This document shows, in pieces, positions 1-10,976 of a DNA stretch of 64,000 nucleotides. A program made the position numbers and the translations under genes. The stretch lies in NCBI GenBank assembly GCA_037440465.1, contig JBBIUB010000005.1, positions 1 through 64,000 of the forward strand, in the 5' to 3' direction. The notes under the pieces were generated by a model. The model did not search any database and was not told the DNA's origin. It worked only from the letters and a program-made list of their open reading frames with translations. Source of the DNA: Coprothermobacterota bacterium. GTDB lineage: Bacteria > Coprothermobacterota > HKB111. The first letter of the stretch is position 1. Each line of letters begins with the position of its first letter.

Positions 1-168
1 TTCTGCCCAAGTTGCCCCCAGATCTGCCATTGTATCGGAACCTTTTATTACAACCGTACCATGTAATCCATCACTTTCAGGTTTTTTACCACAAGATGAT
101 AAAATAATAGAAATAGAGACCACCAAGATCAAAATTACATTTAACTTTGACATAGTTTCTATTTTCAT
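1..168 (-). CDS. pstS: Phosphate ABC transporter substrate-binding lipoprotein (5' part, runs off window edge)
   Basis: Not in the ORF track. Manual translation gives MKIETMSKLNVILILVVSISIILSSCGKKPESDGLHGTVVIKGSDTMADLGATWAE, with lipobox LSSC, PstS motif IKGSDTM...WAE and SD GAGGAGG upstream. Confidence 0.85.
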   Translation of the reverse strand, partial: MKIETMSKLNVILILVVSISIILSSCGKKPESDGLHGTVVIKGSDTMADLGATWAE

Positions 169-212
169 CCTATCCTCCTCGTCTAAATTCTATTACAAAT
201 TTAACACTCTCT

Positions 213-1265
213 TTAATTGCAAACTTCTTTAATTACTCCACCACCGAGAACTACATCATCCTTATAAAACACGACACCCTGCCCAGGAGTTAAAGCAAAG
301 TAGGGTTCCTTAAACTCCACCACAGCCTCACTACCGACTGGGTTGACGGTTGCATCTTTTTCTTGCATACCATATCTAACCTTCGCTTTAACTTCGATTT
401 TTTTTGTTGGAGGTTCTATGGAAATCCAGTTTAAATCTTTTACTATAAGATTACTCTTAAACACATCATTTTTTCCTGCTACTACCAGGAGGTTATTATA
501 AGTATCTATCTTAACTACATAAAGAGGCTCCTTATAAGAAATCCCAAGTCCCTCTCTTTGTCCTATAGTATAAAGGGGAAGACCCCTATGTTTTCCCAGA
601 ACTTCTCCCCTCAAGTTTATTATAAACCCTTCCCTAAGCTCTATTCTCCTATTCAGAAAGAAATCTTCAAGCCTTCTCCTGACAAAACAGACATCTTGAC
701 TTTCACTTTTTTCTCCTTCCCAGATCCCTTCAGATTTTGCCAAATCTATAACTTTCTCCTTATTGAAACTACCAAGAGGAAATATTATATTCTTTAAATA
801 ATCTTTATTGATATAGAAAAGCATGTATGATTGGTCCTTCCTAACATCCAAACCTTTTAAAAGCGAATATTGCTTTCTTTCATCTGAATACAAAACTCTC
901 GCATAGTGACCAGAAGCAATATAATCATAACCATCCTTCAAGAGCTTTTCCAGGAAATAACCAAACTTTATATCTCTATTACAGTAAAGACAGGGGTTGG
1001 GAGTCGTTCCGCTTGAATATCCTAAGATAAAAGGAGTTATCACCATTCCTTCAAACTCATTAATAGTGTCAATCACCTCATATTCTACCCCCAGCTTGCT
1101 ACATAAATGTTCCGCTTTACTCAAACCATTGATAGAACAGCATCTTGAGTCAGGGTGAAAAATAAGAGAGAAGCCTCTAACATCGTAACCCTCTTCTTTA
1201 AGAAGGTACAGAGCTAAAGATGAATCAACACCACCTGATAGAAGTACGCCTACTTTAGCCAACAT
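213..1265 (-). CDS. mnmA: tRNA 2-thiouridylase
   Basis: SGGVDS, PNPCxxCN, ASGHYA, KDQSY, ESQDVCF, TPGQ motifs. Confidence 0.96.
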   Translation of the reverse strand: MLAKVGVLLSGGVDSSLALYLLKEEGYDVRGFSLIFHPDSRCCSINGLSKAEHLCSKLGVEYEVIDTINEFEGMVITPFILGYSSGTTPNPCLYCNRDIKFGYFLEKLLKDGYDYIASGHYARVLYSDERKQYSLLKGLDVRKDQSYMLFYINKDYLKNIIFPLGSFNKEKVIDLAKSEGIWEGEKSESQDVCFVRRRLEDFFLNRRIELREGFIINLRGEVLGKHRGLPLYTIGQREGLGISYKEPLYVVKIDTYNNLLVVAGKNDVFKSNLIVKDLNWISIEPPTKKIEVKAKVRYGMQEKDATVNPVGSEAVVEFKEPYFALTPGQGVVFYKDDVVLGGGVIKEVCN

Positions 1266-1350
1266 ATATCACCTTTACAATTATCTTTTATCTATTGTTA
1301 CAAAAAGTTGTCAGAAAATATATAAAATAACCTCATCAAACCCTTCTTTA

Positions 1351-1384
1351 CACACCCTCTACCCCCTCTTAATAGAGGAGAACT
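1351..1384. repeat. Short REP-like palindrome (CCTCT-TAAT-AGAGG)
   Basis: cacaccctctaccccctcttaatagaggagaact in intergenic DNA; 5-bp stem with 4-nt loop preceded by a C-rich tract. Confidence 0.3.
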
Positions 1385-1393
1385 TTTTCTATA

Positions 1394-2022
1394 TTAATAA
1401 TACCACAATAAATAATTCAGAGAATATTTTTTTTCTTCAATGGCTACACCCTCTGTTGGTACCTCTTCTATAACACGTCTCTTGAAAGTGTTCAAACCCC
1501 AACCAAAGTATTTGATAATAACATATGCCAAAGGTAGTCTCACCAACCACATACCCAGTGTTGTAATAACCATAGGAGTTCTGGTATCTCCAGCTCCTCT
1601 GAAAGAAGCAGATAGAACAAATAGCCATACGAAAACCAATGATGGTGAAAGAATGCAAAATAAGTAATCTCCTGTTGAATTTATAAGTTCTACAGAAGCT
1701 TGATAAAGGTTTGGTATCTGGTAAGCCACTTTTCGTGCTGCTTCTACTTTTTTTGCACCAAAAAAAGAAACTACTGAGTAAGGCCTACACCAGCTAAGGA
1801 AATAGGGCTCAATCTGCCTACAAAAATCATATCAGTAAAATGGAAGGTAACTTGAAGTAGGTTCTCTAATATGACTGGTAGAGCCAGAAAAAGTAACCTT
1901 TTCCTTAGTTGAGCTTTGCTATCATCCAGTGGTATTGTTTTTATTTTTTCAGATCTCAATAGGTTATCAACTATTAATAGTTTCTTCTTATTATTATTGT
2001 TTAGAATATATTTGCTTTCCAT
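1394..2022 (-). pseudogene. MATE family efflux transporter remnant (frameshift and internal deletions)
   Basis: N-terminal piece LALPVILENLLQ...DMIFVGRL...LAGVG stops at 1771. A shifted frame continues VVSFFGAKKVEAARKVAYQ and RGAGDTRTPM...MWLVRLPLAY. Total about 200 codons versus about 450 for an intact MATE. Confidence 0.85.
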
Positions 2023-2170
2023 AATATTAGAAAATATAAAATTATATTGTCAATAAGTAGGGAAATGAAAGAATATCAGAAAGGCTTTCATAGAACAAAT
2101 AAAGCCTCATATTCTGAAGCCTTCTTAATAAAAATCAGGGTAACAATACTAAAGTTAATAGAAAAATGTG

Positions 2171-2350
2171 TCAGGAAAATATAAGTTTATCATTCATCTC
2201 GTTCCATCTAAGATACTTTATATCTTTAAACTCTTCTTTCATTCCCTCAATTGTATAGGCGATTAGTACTCTGTTTTTCACATCAAATTCATACTCTGCA
2301 ACATCTTTCATGAGAATCTCATTATCTCTGTAAATTGTAACTGCACACAA
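2171..2350 (-). CDS. CooT-family small nickel-binding protein
   Basis: TTG start at 2350, 8 nt after GGAGG, gives M-C-A-V...EILMKDV, matching the CooT pattern MCxx...xxMxDV. Confidence 0.65.
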   Translation of the reverse strand: MCAVTIYRDNEILMKDVAEYEFDVKNRVLIAYTIEGMKEEFKDIKYLRWNEMNDKLIFS

Positions 2351-2351
2351 A

Positions 2352-2873
2352 TTACCCACCTCCTTTTAAAAGTAATTGACCTTTTGCCAGTTCCCCATAC
2401 TTTTTTGCGTGAACTGTAAGGTTCTTAATTTCTTCCTCGGAGATAGTTCTTATAACCTTACCAGGAATGCCTGCAACAAGACTTTTGGGGGGTATTACAG
2501 CCTCACCTAATATTATAGATTGAGCTGCTATTATGGAGTAATCTCCAATAATAGCCCCATCCAGGATGACAGCATTTATTCCTACCAGAACTCCATCACC
2601 AACATTACAGGCATGCACTACAGCTCCATGTCCAATTGTAACCATTTTACCTATCTTAACTTCTCTTTCTTCTGTGGGATGGATTACAACATTCTCTTGA
2701 ATATTGCTGTTTTCCCCAATTTCAATAGTATTTAAATCTGCTCTGATAACTGCACCATACCATACAGAAACCCCATCACCCAGAGATACGGAACCTATAA
2801 GATAGGCAGACTCTGATATGTAGACATTACCTTTGAATACAGGTATTTTATTGCCGATAGACACCACAGGCAT
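2352..2873 (-). CDS. Gamma carbonic anhydrase family protein (hexapeptide repeat)
   Basis: VWYGAVIRAD, SNIQEN..IH, TIGHGAVVH motifs. Confidence 0.92.
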   Translation of the reverse strand: MPVVSIGNKIPVFKGNVYISESAYLIGSVSLGDGVSVWYGAVIRADLNTIEIGENSNIQENVVIHPTEEREVKIGKMVTIGHGAVVHACNVGDGVLVGINAVILDGAIIGDYSIIAAQSIILGEAVIPPKSLVAGIPGKVIRTISEEEIKNLTVHAKKYGELAKGQLLLKGGG

Positions 2874-2876
2874 TTA

Positions 2877-3497
2877 TTAAATCTCCTTTCTAATTATCTC
2901 CTTTATTATCGTTAATCGGGAGATGTTACTTCTTTCAAGTTCATCTAATCTAAAGGTTATATACCGAGCAGTTTCTTCCATTTGAGGAATGAGAATATGT
3001 TCCAGGGCATTAACTCTTCTTTTTGTTCGAGAAACCTCTTTAATCATAATCTTTATGGCTATCTCTATCTGGGCCATCCTCACAAGCTTAAGAAAAAGTT
3101 CTTTAATATTCTCAACTGCTTCATCAAGGTCGGTGGAGGTAAAAACAAAGCCATATGATATAGAGAAACTACTCAAATCCACTTCAAAGGATGGCACTTT
3201 TACGCCCATTATACGACGAACTTCTTTTTTTAAGGAATTAATAAATACTTGAGAAAGTAAGCTCAAAGGTAAAGCAAGTGGCATCATTGTTGCTTCTGCG
3301 AGGACCATTGATTGTCTTACTTTACGAAACCCCTCATCTACTTCCTTTCTTACTTGAAGATACTCTCTGCTCAATTTAATGAATTCCCTCAGGAGTCCTT
3401 CCAGCTTATCTCTCAGTAATCTATGTCCCCGTCTTGCTACAACCAACCGACGTTTCAGACGGAGGAGCTCCATCCTGTTAGGATTTACTATTATCAA
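2877..3497 (-). CDS. ntpD: V/A-type ATP synthase subunit D
   Basis: [26 protein letters not shown]. Confidence 0.95.
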   Translation of the reverse strand: MIIVNPNRMELLRLKRRLVVARRGHRLLRDKLEGLLREFIKLSREYLQVRKEVDEGFRKVRQSMVLAEATMMPLALPLSLLSQVFINSLKKEVRRIMGVKVPSFEVDLSSFSISYGFVFTSTDLDEAVENIKELFLKLVRMAQIEIAIKIMIKEVSRTKRRVNALEHILIPQMEETARYITFRLDELERSNISRLTIIKEIIRKEI

Positions 3498-4906
3498 GAG
3501 GAGCCATCCTCCTTAATATCACCTGATTGGGCTAAATACTTATCAAGGTATTTAGCTATAAACTCCTTTCTGACTCTCTTTAATTCTTCAACTGGTAATA
3601 AACTTAGAATCTGCCAGCCTCTCTCAAGGGTGGTAATTAAATTGCGAGCTTCGTATTCATCCTGTTTTAAGAATCGATTTTCAAAGACTTCTGCAAAGCG
3701 AAGAAACTTCTTATCTACATCTAAAAGTGCTCCTTCACCAAGTATGATAGCAAGCTCTCTCGCTTCCCTTCCACGAGCATATGCAGAAAAAAGCTGGTTA
3801 CTTAAATCAGCGTGATCTTCTCTGGTCTTTCCTGTGCCTATCCCTTTAGACATAAGCCTGGAAAGAGAAGGAAGAACATCAATGGGGGGGTAGATGCCTT
3901 TTCTATGAAGGGCCCTACTCATAAAGATTTGACCCTCAGTTATATAACCTGTTAAGTCTGGTATAGGATGAGTACGGTCATCTTCTGGCATTGTCAAAAC
4001 AGGGATTTGGGTTATTGAACCTGATTTACCATGAATTCTTCCTGCTCTTTCATAGATTGTGGAAAGGTCTGTATACATATATCCTGGATAACCTCGTCTC
4101 CCAGGAATCTCCTTTCTGGCAGCAGAAATTTCTCTTAAAGCCTCACAATAGTTTGTCATATCAGCTATAATGATTAGAACATGGTAATTGTGAGTGAAGG
4201 CAAGATACTCTGCTAAAGTAAGGGCAACCCGGGGTATGGCAATCCTTTCGATCACCGGCTCGCTAGCCAGATTTAGGAAAACCGCTGTTCTTTCCATAGC
4301 TCCAGAAGCCTCAAAATCCTTTATAAGGAAGTTGGCTTCCTCAAAAGTAATACCCATACCAGCAAAAATCACTGCAAATTGTTCTTCTTTTTTAAGAACC
4401 CGTGCTTGTCTAACAATCTGAGCTGCAACTCGCATGTGAGGCATTCCAGAGCCTGAGAAAAGTGGAAGCTTTTGTCCCCTCACCAGTACATTTAAGCCAT
4501 CTATAGATGATATACCTGTTTCAATAAATTCATTTGGGTAGTCTCTGGAATAAGGATTCATTGGGCTCCCATTTATGTCAAAATAATCTTCAGCCAGAGG
4601 AAGTGCTCCTCCATCTCTGGGCTTCCCGAGACCATCGAAAACTCTTCCCAGCATCTCAAGAGAGACGCCTAACCTTAAACCTTTTCCTGTAAATCTTATT
4701 CTCAAACCCTGAAGTTCAAGGCCTTGTGCTGTTTCAAAGAGCTGGACAACAGCTTTGTTTCCTAACACTTCAAGAGTTCTGCCGTACAGAAATCTTTCTC
4801 CGCTTTTTATTTCCACCAGCTCTCCATATCCAACCCCTTCAACACCCTCTATAACCATAAGGGGTCCAGATATGGATGTGGCACCTAAATATTCTTTAAC
4901 GATCAT
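3494..4906 (-). CDS. ntpB: V/A-type ATP synthase subunit B
   Basis: [40 protein letters not shown]. Confidence 0.97.
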   Translation of the reverse strand: MIVKEYLGATSISGPLMVIEGVEGVGYGELVEIKSGERFLYGRTLEVLGNKAVVQLFETAQGLELQGLRIRFTGKGLRLGVSLEMLGRVFDGLGKPRDGGALPLAEDYFDINGSPMNPYSRDYPNEFIETGISSIDGLNVLVRGQKLPLFSGSGMPHMRVAAQIVRQARVLKKEEQFAVIFAGMGITFEEANFLIKDFEASGAMERTAVFLNLASEPVIERIAIPRVALTLAEYLAFTHNYHVLIIIADMTNYCEALREISAARKEIPGRRGYPGYMYTDLSTIYERAGRIHGKSGSITQIPVLTMPEDDRTHPIPDLTGYITEGQIFMSRALHRKGIYPPIDVLPSLSRLMSKGIGTGKTREDHADLSNQLFSAYARGREARELAIILGEGALLDVDKKFLRFAEVFENRFLKQDEYEARNLITTLERGWQILSLLPVEELKRVRKEFIAKYLDKYLAQSGDIKEDGSS

Positions 4907-6663
4907 GCTATCCCCCCTAACAGGGATATTTCAGCCTTGACCCTTTGAGGCAAAGATTCAATTATATTTAAGTCTTTTTCGCTTACCTCTTTCATCCTTG
5001 AAATTTCTTCTTTTATTGGTAGCTTGAGAATTGATTCAATTTCTACTTCCTTCTGAATGGCTATTCTTGATGCTTCTTCAAAGGTAAAAATCACTTTAAG
5101 CATTAGACGCTGCTTTTTTAAAGAAGTATAGGTATCAATCTCATGATAAGAGTTTTGTTGAAGAAAATCTTCTCTGATAGACCTGGCAACCTCCAGAGTA
5201 AGACGATCAGCAGGAGAAAGAGCATCCATACCCACCAGCCTAACTATCTCTTCTAATTCAGCCTCTTCTTCAAGGACCCTAAGAGTCCATGTTTTCAATC
5301 TATTGAAATCTTTTAGTTCACCCTTTTGGAAATAACTTTCAAATTCGTGAGAATAAAGAGAATAGCTTATCAGCCAGTTAACTGCTGGGAAATGCCGAGC
5401 GAATGCTAGCTTAGCATCCAGACCCCAGAATACTCTTACTTCTCTTAGGGTAGCTTGAACAACTGGGTCTGACAGGTCTCCTCCAGGAGGTGATACTGCT
5501 CCTATTATACTTAACGAGGCTTCTCTTGGAGTGATACCAATAGTTTTAATTTTACCTCCCCTTTCATAAAAAGATGCTACTCTCGAACCCAGATATGCTG
5601 GATATCCTTCTTCACCTGGCATCTCTTCTAACCTACCTGACATTTCTCTCATAGCTTCTGCCCATCTGGAAGTAGAGTCAGCCATTAAAGCTACATTGTA
5701 ACCCATATCCCTGAAATATTCAGCTATGGCTATCCCAGTAAAAACTGAAGCTTCTCGGGCGGCAACTGGCATGTTAGAGGTATTAGCAATGAGAATTGTT
5801 CTCTCCATTAAAGGTCTTCCAGAACGGGGGTCCTTTAACTCAGGGAAATCTATAAGAACTTCTGTCATCTCATTACCCCGTTCTCCACAACCCACATAGA
5901 CAATTATATCAGCGTCCGACCAGCGAGCTAACTGATGCTGCATCACAGTTTTACCGCTACCAAATGGTCCAGGTATGCAAGCAGTTCCGCCCTTAAAAAT
6001 AGGAAAAAGAGCATCAAAAATTCTTTGACCAGTTATAAGAGGTTCATCAGGAGGTAGCTTCTCGCCAAAAGGTCTTCCTATTCTCACAGGATACTTCTGC
6101 ATCATTGTTAAAGAATGTTTTTGACCGTGTTTATCTTCAAGAATCACAATCACATCTCTAAGTGTGTATTCTCCACTTTTTATCTCCAATACTTTGCCAG
6201 TTATCCCGGGAGGCACCATTATATAATGTTTGACAAGAGGTGTTTCGTCCACGAACCCTAAAAAATCTCCTGATACTACTTCATTTCCTGCTTTAGCAAG
6301 GGGAATGAAATTCCAATTCTTTTCCATGTCAAGTGCTTCTACTGCAACTCCTCGGGCAATAAAGTTTCCATATAGGTCTTTTAGAACTTTGAGGGGTCGC
6401 TGTATACCATCATATATTCCACCCATAATTCCGGGTCCAAGCTCTACGCTCAAGGCTTCACCTGTTGCCAAAACGTCTTCTCCAATCTTGACACCCTCTG
6501 TCTCCTCATAAACTTGTATTGAAGCCAAACCACCCTTGACTTCTATAACCTCACCGAATAAGCTGAGCTCGCCTACTCGTACAATCTCATACATCTGGAC
6601 ACCTTCCATACCCTCTGCAACCACCAGTGGTCCAGCCACTCTGGATACCCTACCTTTTATCAT
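4903..6663 (-). CDS. ntpA: V/A-type ATP synthase subunit A
   Basis: P-loop [29 protein letters not shown]; start set at ATG 6663 after SD GGAGG. Confidence 0.97.
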   Translation of the reverse strand: MIKGRVSRVAGPLVVAEGMEGVQMYEIVRVGELSLFGEVIEVKGGLASIQVYEETEGVKIGEDVLATGEALSVELGPGIMGGIYDGIQRPLKVLKDLYGNFIARGVAVEALDMEKNWNFIPLAKAGNEVVSGDFLGFVDETPLVKHYIMVPPGITGKVLEIKSGEYTLRDVIVILEDKHGQKHSLTMMQKYPVRIGRPFGEKLPPDEPLITGQRIFDALFPIFKGGTACIPGPFGSGKTVMQHQLARWSDADIIVYVGCGERGNEMTEVLIDFPELKDPRSGRPLMERTILIANTSNMPVAAREASVFTGIAIAEYFRDMGYNVALMADSTSRWAEAMREMSGRLEEMPGEEGYPAYLGSRVASFYERGGKIKTIGITPREASLSIIGAVSPPGGDLSDPVVQATLREVRVFWGLDAKLAFARHFPAVNWLISYSLYSHEFESYFQKGELKDFNRLKTWTLRVLEEEAELEEIVRLVGMDALSPADRLTLEVARSIREDFLQQNSYHEIDTYTSLKKQRLMLKVIFTFEEASRIAIQKEVEIESILKLPIKEEISRMKEVSEKDLNIIESLPQRVKAEISLLGGIA

Positions 6664-6982
6664 CGTTTTCCTCCTTAAAAAGGTCCACACCTACTAATTT
6701 TTCCACTAAATGTTTAAGGTTATTCAAAGTAAAATTACTGGTGGCTACTCCTCCTAGAAGAATGGAATATTTACCCTTATCTTCCATTTGAGATAACCTT
6801 GGATAAATCTTTGAACCAAGAGCTTCTTCTATAAAAAAGAGCTCATAACCTCCGGATTGAAACTCATTTAAAATCTCTTCAAGTTCTATTGAATCATTAG
6901 CTACTATACCTCGCAACCCAAGAGCTTGATAACTTAAAAGAAACTCTTCGCTTCCAATCAGGAGAAATTTCTCTTCACTCAT
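6650..6982 (-). CDS. V/A-type ATP synthase subunit F
   Basis: Size, operon position, IGSEEFLLSYQALG and C-terminal VEKLVGVDL. Confidence 0.85.
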   Translation of the reverse strand: MSEEKFLLIGSEEFLLSYQALGLRGIVANDSIELEEILNEFQSGGYELFFIEEALGSKIYPRLSQMEDKGKYSILLGGVATSNFTLNNLKHLVEKLVGVDLFKEENDDKR

Positions 6983-6983
6983 A

Positions 6984-7970
6984 TTAAACCAACCCTCTCT
7001 GTTTTATTTTCTCTGAAGTAATACCTGTTGCTCTGGAGAGAAGAACCATTTTAATAAAATTTAGTTCCTCATCCCACAACTTAGAAAAGATAAAAATAGA
7101 ATCCATACTTATATCAGCTTTGAAACGCAACCCATACAAATATTTCCATAAATGTTCGTCTAATGCCCTCTCAATATGGGGAAGGGATAACTTCTGTTCC
7201 TTAATTTCTCCCTTTACTCCAATTTTATTGAGGTGCTTTTCTACATCTTCTTTCCCATCCCAGATAAGTTTTAAAATTTTTCCATTTTCTACCCCTGAAA
7301 TTAACCCTTGCTCCACAATATTATAAGGAAGATTCCATCTTTTACCGCGAAGAAGTGTAATTAAATTCCGTGAAAGAGCATAATATTTATAGTAGTTATA
7401 GATAATTTGGGAGTTAGAATTGCTTGCCAGTTGAAGACTAAGTGATATATATTCTCTATCGAGAATCAGTTCAGCTAACTGAAGTGAACCTGAATCTAAA
7501 TAAGCCTCGTAAGCTTTGTTGAAAGCTGATTTGTACTCTATTGGGACTTGATTGGTCATAATACCTTTGCTAATAATGCCTAAATTCAAGTGGTATAGAC
7601 TATCAACAGGGGTTTTTAGAGCAAGACCCTTTAGATTAGCTTTTAGATTATGAAAATCATGGGGTAGAAACAATAGGTGAAGAATAAATGGTTCGGGTAG
7701 TATCCTGGAAAGTAGGTTAAAATAAGCCGACTTAACCTCCAAAATCATTTTGTTTAAACTACTTCCGTTGATAGGTTCGTCCAAAGATGGGTAACGACTC
7801 TTTAAGAAAAGTAAAATACCCGGGAGAGGGTCTTCTAAAAGTTTCTTAAACTCTCTCGGTTTAATCAACTTAGATTCTAATGCCATTATTACTCCAACAG
7901 AAAAAGAGTAACTTTCTTTCGGTTTAGATGGTTTTTTCTGAATCTTTTCTCTCAGGGAATAATAATCCAT
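6984..7970 (-). CDS. ntpC: V/A-type ATP synthase subunit C
   Basis: YSFSVGVIMALESKL, DFHNLKA, ELILDREY; operon position; start uncertain (7970 or 7991). Confidence 0.8.
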   Translation of the reverse strand: MDYYSLREKIQKKPSKPKESYSFSVGVIMALESKLIKPREFKKLLEDPLPGILLFLKSRYPSLDEPINGSSLNKMILEVKSAYFNLLSRILPEPFILHLLFLPHDFHNLKANLKGLALKTPVDSLYHLNLGIISKGIMTNQVPIEYKSAFNKAYEAYLDSGSLQLAELILDREYISLSLQLASNSNSQIIYNYYKYYALSRNLITLLRGKRWNLPYNIVEQGLISGVENGKILKLIWDGKEDVEKHLNKIGVKGEIKEQKLSLPHIERALDEHLWKYLYGLRFKADISMDSIFIFSKLWDEELNFIKMVLLSRATGITSEKIKQRGLV

Positions 7971-8493
7971 AAATCTCCAGCCTTTTCTCAAGCTTTACCC
8001 AGCGCAAAAACTCCTCCAGAGTAAAGTTAAGCTCTAATCTACCTTTTTTTATATAAAAACCACCTAAACCCTGCCTTATTTCTGGAGAAATCACAAAGGA
8101 CGAATTTATGTTAAGGATATTTGCTTTTCCTACAAAGACTATTTCATCTCCGAATTTTCCGTAAGCAGACAGAAGGTTATGTATCCACATATTGTATAAT
8201 TCATCGTTTTGTATCAGATATGAAGCAAACTCTTCAATAACCTGTTCCATATATTTAGATTTCAAAACTCCCAATTTTCTGTTATGTTCTAACTTTAATC
8301 TTGATTTTTCTCTCTGAAGTTTAAGGTTATAAAGGTCTTTCTGTCTGGTAATGGCGGTTTCTTTCTCATCTTTTACTTTAACACGACCATGCTCAAGAAT
8401 TTGTTGGGCTTGAATTTCCGCATTTCTTAGTATCTGCTCTTTCTTTTCTATGGCTTCATTGTGAATCTTCTTTTTGAGTTCTTCCAGAGCCAT
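7924..8493 (-). CDS. ntpE: V/A-type ATP synthase subunit E
   Basis: MALEELKKKI coiled coil, GGFYI..GRLELNFT. Confidence 0.85.
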   Translation of the reverse strand: MALEELKKKIHNEAIEKKEQILRNAEIQAQQILEHGRVKVKDEKETAITRQKDLYNLKLQREKSRLKLEHNRKLGVLKSKYMEQVIEEFASYLIQNDELYNMWIHNLLSAYGKFGDEIVFVGKANILNINSSFVISPEIRQGLGGFYIKKGRLELNFTLEEFLRWVKLEKRLEIYGLLFPERKDSEKTI

Positions 8494-8494
8494 C

Positions 8495-8968
8495 TTAGAT
8501 CTTGACCGCAAAGAGAAGAAGCATGATAGTAATTAGAAGAGCTAATACAGCATAAGTCTCAACAAGAGCTGGAATAATGAGAGACCTACCTGTCATACCT
8601 TCTTCTTTTGCTACCATTAGTGCTGAAGCTGCTGCTGCCTCTCCCTGCCAGATAGCAGATATATACTCTCCTAACATAATAGGAATAAGGGAAGCAAAAA
8701 CCTGAACTCCTTGATAAACTGAAAGTTGAGGTAAAGCTCCTTCCATAAGACCCAGTCTCACTATGGTTAGAAAAGCAGCCACCAGCCCATAAAAACCCTG
8801 AGTTCCCGGTAAAGCTTGTAAAATGAGCATTATGCCAAATAGATGGGGTTTTTCAGACAACACACCAGCAGTTGTCCTTCCTGCAATTCCAACTCCTGTA
8901 GCTGAACCGCTGAAAGCCATTCCAGCAGCCAAACCAATACCTATTAAAGCAATCGAAAGTCCTTCCAT
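8495..8968 (-). CDS. ntpK: V/A-type ATP synthase subunit K (4-TM proteolipid, Na+-type motifs)
   Basis: LPGTQGFYG, WQG and VETYA motifs. Confidence 0.95.
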   Translation of the reverse strand: MEGLSIALIGIGLAAGMAFSGSATGVGIAGRTTAGVLSEKPHLFGIMLILQALPGTQGFYGLVAAFLTIVRLGLMEGALPQLSVYQGVQVFASLIPIMLGEYISAIWQGEAAAASALMVAKEEGMTGRSLIIPALVETYAVLALLITIMLLLFAVKI

Positions 8969-8969
8969 T

Positions 8970-10976
8970 TTATTGTTTTTCCTCCTTTTGCAATTTTGTT
9001 TGAATTACTTTTACATAGGATGTTTTAAATCCTAAGGGTTTGAAAGAATTTCCTCCACCTTCATAAAACCTTCCAAACAACTCTATTGCCTGAAGTCTGA
9101 AGGCATGAACAAATGCACCAAGAAGTCCCATAGCCAGGTTAAAAAGATGGAAAAGTATCCAGGCTATTGGTACTACTATCCAACCCACACCGCTCGTCAT
9201 CAGATCAATAATATTATTAAGGGCTTTAGCCACTCCTGAGCTGGTAAGGTTAAGTGCAATAAGGCGACTATAAGACAAAACATCTTGAAGAAAAGCACCC
9301 AGTCCATAATAACCCATAAAGCCATAAAGACTAACCAAGCCCAGAATGATTCTCCCCGTCCAGCTTTTTGAGCTTCTACCCTGAGTGAAAACAGTTAGTA
9401 TTAAAGATATAAAAAAAAGATATATGATGATTTTTTTATAAGACAAAAGAGCTGGGAAAACCGAAGTTGAAGCAAAAAGAAGAGTTGAAGAAAGCAAGAG
9501 CAACCATACTCCCTGATCCAACCAGGCTGATTTATAATCGCCCCTTTTTAAGTTAAACCAGAACCGATTCAGGATTCCCCAGTATTGTGTCAAAATACCC
9601 ATAACCAAAACGAAGACTATAGATTTCATCAAGCCAAGAGATTCCCAGGGATCTATCAGGGGTAAATAACCCAGAATCTTCCCTCCGGTTGTGACTCCCG
9701 GTGAATAACCAAACCAGGTCCAGGTTAGAATTCCCACCAAGAATGTAGCACCGCTTAAATAAAACGCAAGTCCAATAGCCTTTAATGTTCCTTCATTAAG
9801 AGAATACTTCTTATAAAGAAAAAGCGATATCATAAATAAAAATATTGCATATCCAGCATCACCCAGGTTTATAGCAAAAAATAGAGTAAAGGGTGCAGCC
9901 AATATTGGTGTAGGGTCCATCCCCCAATACCCTGGCAAGCCAAAGAATGTAGTTATTACCTCATAAGGTCTAAGCCATCTTGGATTTTCAAGGCAAACCG
10001 GTGGTGAATCATCAACCTGAGGAGAATATGCTTCTAAAAACCCATAAGGAAATATCTTTGTAAATCCATATTTTAAATCTTCATAATCGTGAGCCTTAAT
10101 CCACCCTTGAAAAAACAAACAGAGATTCGTCCCACCCATTTTCTCAAGAGCATCTTTTCTTGCGACCTGGCTCTGAAGGTAATCATAATACAACTTAACT
10201 TGAGGAAGATACGGTATCAAATCATTCTTTTCCTTCTCTACTTCTTTAAGCCTTTTTTCTGCTTCCTCTTTTTTCTGGATAATCAAATTATATATTTCTG
10301 CAAAGCTTGTTGAATCATAAACAAGGTAATATGATGTGTCAATAGGTTTGAAAAAGTAATCAGCCAAAAAAGAAATAACCTTTTCATTATCCCTTCTATC
10401 CCAGGCAAGGAGAATATACATATACTCTTGTAATTCAGATATTTTTCTGATGTTTAAAGATTCTAATTGGTCTCTCTTCCCTTCAAATGCATCTTGAAAC
10501 ATTATCCAATCTTTTTTCTTAAAAGAGCCAATTCTATAGGAAAAGAATTTTGAATCAATAAAATCCTGAGGAGAAGAAGAAAGGTTATTTATTGGTTTAA
10601 TAGTTTGGATGTCATTACTAGCATTTCCTATCTCTTTTTTTAGGGCTTCTTCTTCCTTTATAAGATCTTTGTAATAAGTATAGATGAATTCAAATTTTAT
10701 TTCCTTTTCAATTCTTGAAAACTCTACTTCATCTACTTCAGGTTTTTCAATAATTAAATTAAGTAGACTCTGCTGTTTTCCAGGAATAAGGTATTCAATG
10801 ACTTCTTCTACTTGCCTGAGCAAAACTTCAGGTTCTACCTCAACAGAAAGAGGTGATTCCTTTTCTAAAACTTGAGAAAACTCGAGAACTCCTTTAGAGC
10901 CTACATATTGGATAAGAAGAGGGTAATCCTTTTTAAGAACCGCCCCTTTAACTTTGAGCATTTTAGCTATTGCCAC
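8970..10976 (-). CDS. ntpI: V/A-type ATP synthase subunit I
   Basis: DPTP, GDAGY, DVLSYSRLIAL, HAFRLQAIELFGRFYEGGG. Confidence 0.95.
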   Translation of the reverse strand: MAIAKMLKVKGAVLKKDYPLLIQYVGSKGVLEFSQVLEKESPLSVEVEPEVLLRQVEEVIEYLIPGKQQSLLNLIIEKPEVDEVEFSRIEKEIKFEFIYTYYKDLIKEEEALKKEIGNASNDIQTIKPINNLSSSPQDFIDSKFFSYRIGSFKKKDWIMFQDAFEGKRDQLESLNIRKISELQEYMYILLAWDRRDNEKVISFLADYFFKPIDTSYYLVYDSTSFAEIYNLIIQKKEEAEKRLKEVEKEKNDLIPYLPQVKLYYDYLQSQVARKDALEKMGGTNLCLFFQGWIKAHDYEDLKYGFTKIFPYGFLEAYSPQVDDSPPVCLENPRWLRPYEVITTFFGLPGYWGMDPTPILAAPFTLFFAINLGDAGYAIFLFMISLFLYKKYSLNEGTLKAIGLAFYLSGATFLVGILTWTWFGYSPGVTTGGKILGYLPLIDPWESLGLMKSIVFVLVMGILTQYWGILNRFWFNLKRGDYKSAWLDQGVWLLLLSSTLLFASTSVFPALLSYKKIIIYLFFISLILTVFTQGRSSKSWTGRIILGLVSLYGFMGYYGLGAFLQDVLSYSRLIALNLTSSGVAKALNNIIDLMTSGVGWIVVPIAWILFHLFNLAMGLLGAFVHAFRLQAIELFGRFYEGGGNSFKPLGFKTSYVKVIQTKLQKEEKQ

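Noticed and set aside
181..212. Pho box upstream of pstS
   Set aside because: TTACA/TTAACA-like words are not in 11-nt phase on the coding strand
2065..2184. 39-codon plus-strand ORF MKEYQKGF...
   Set aside because: Weak SD, no recognisable motif, and it overlaps a probable terminator hairpin and the CooT-like stop
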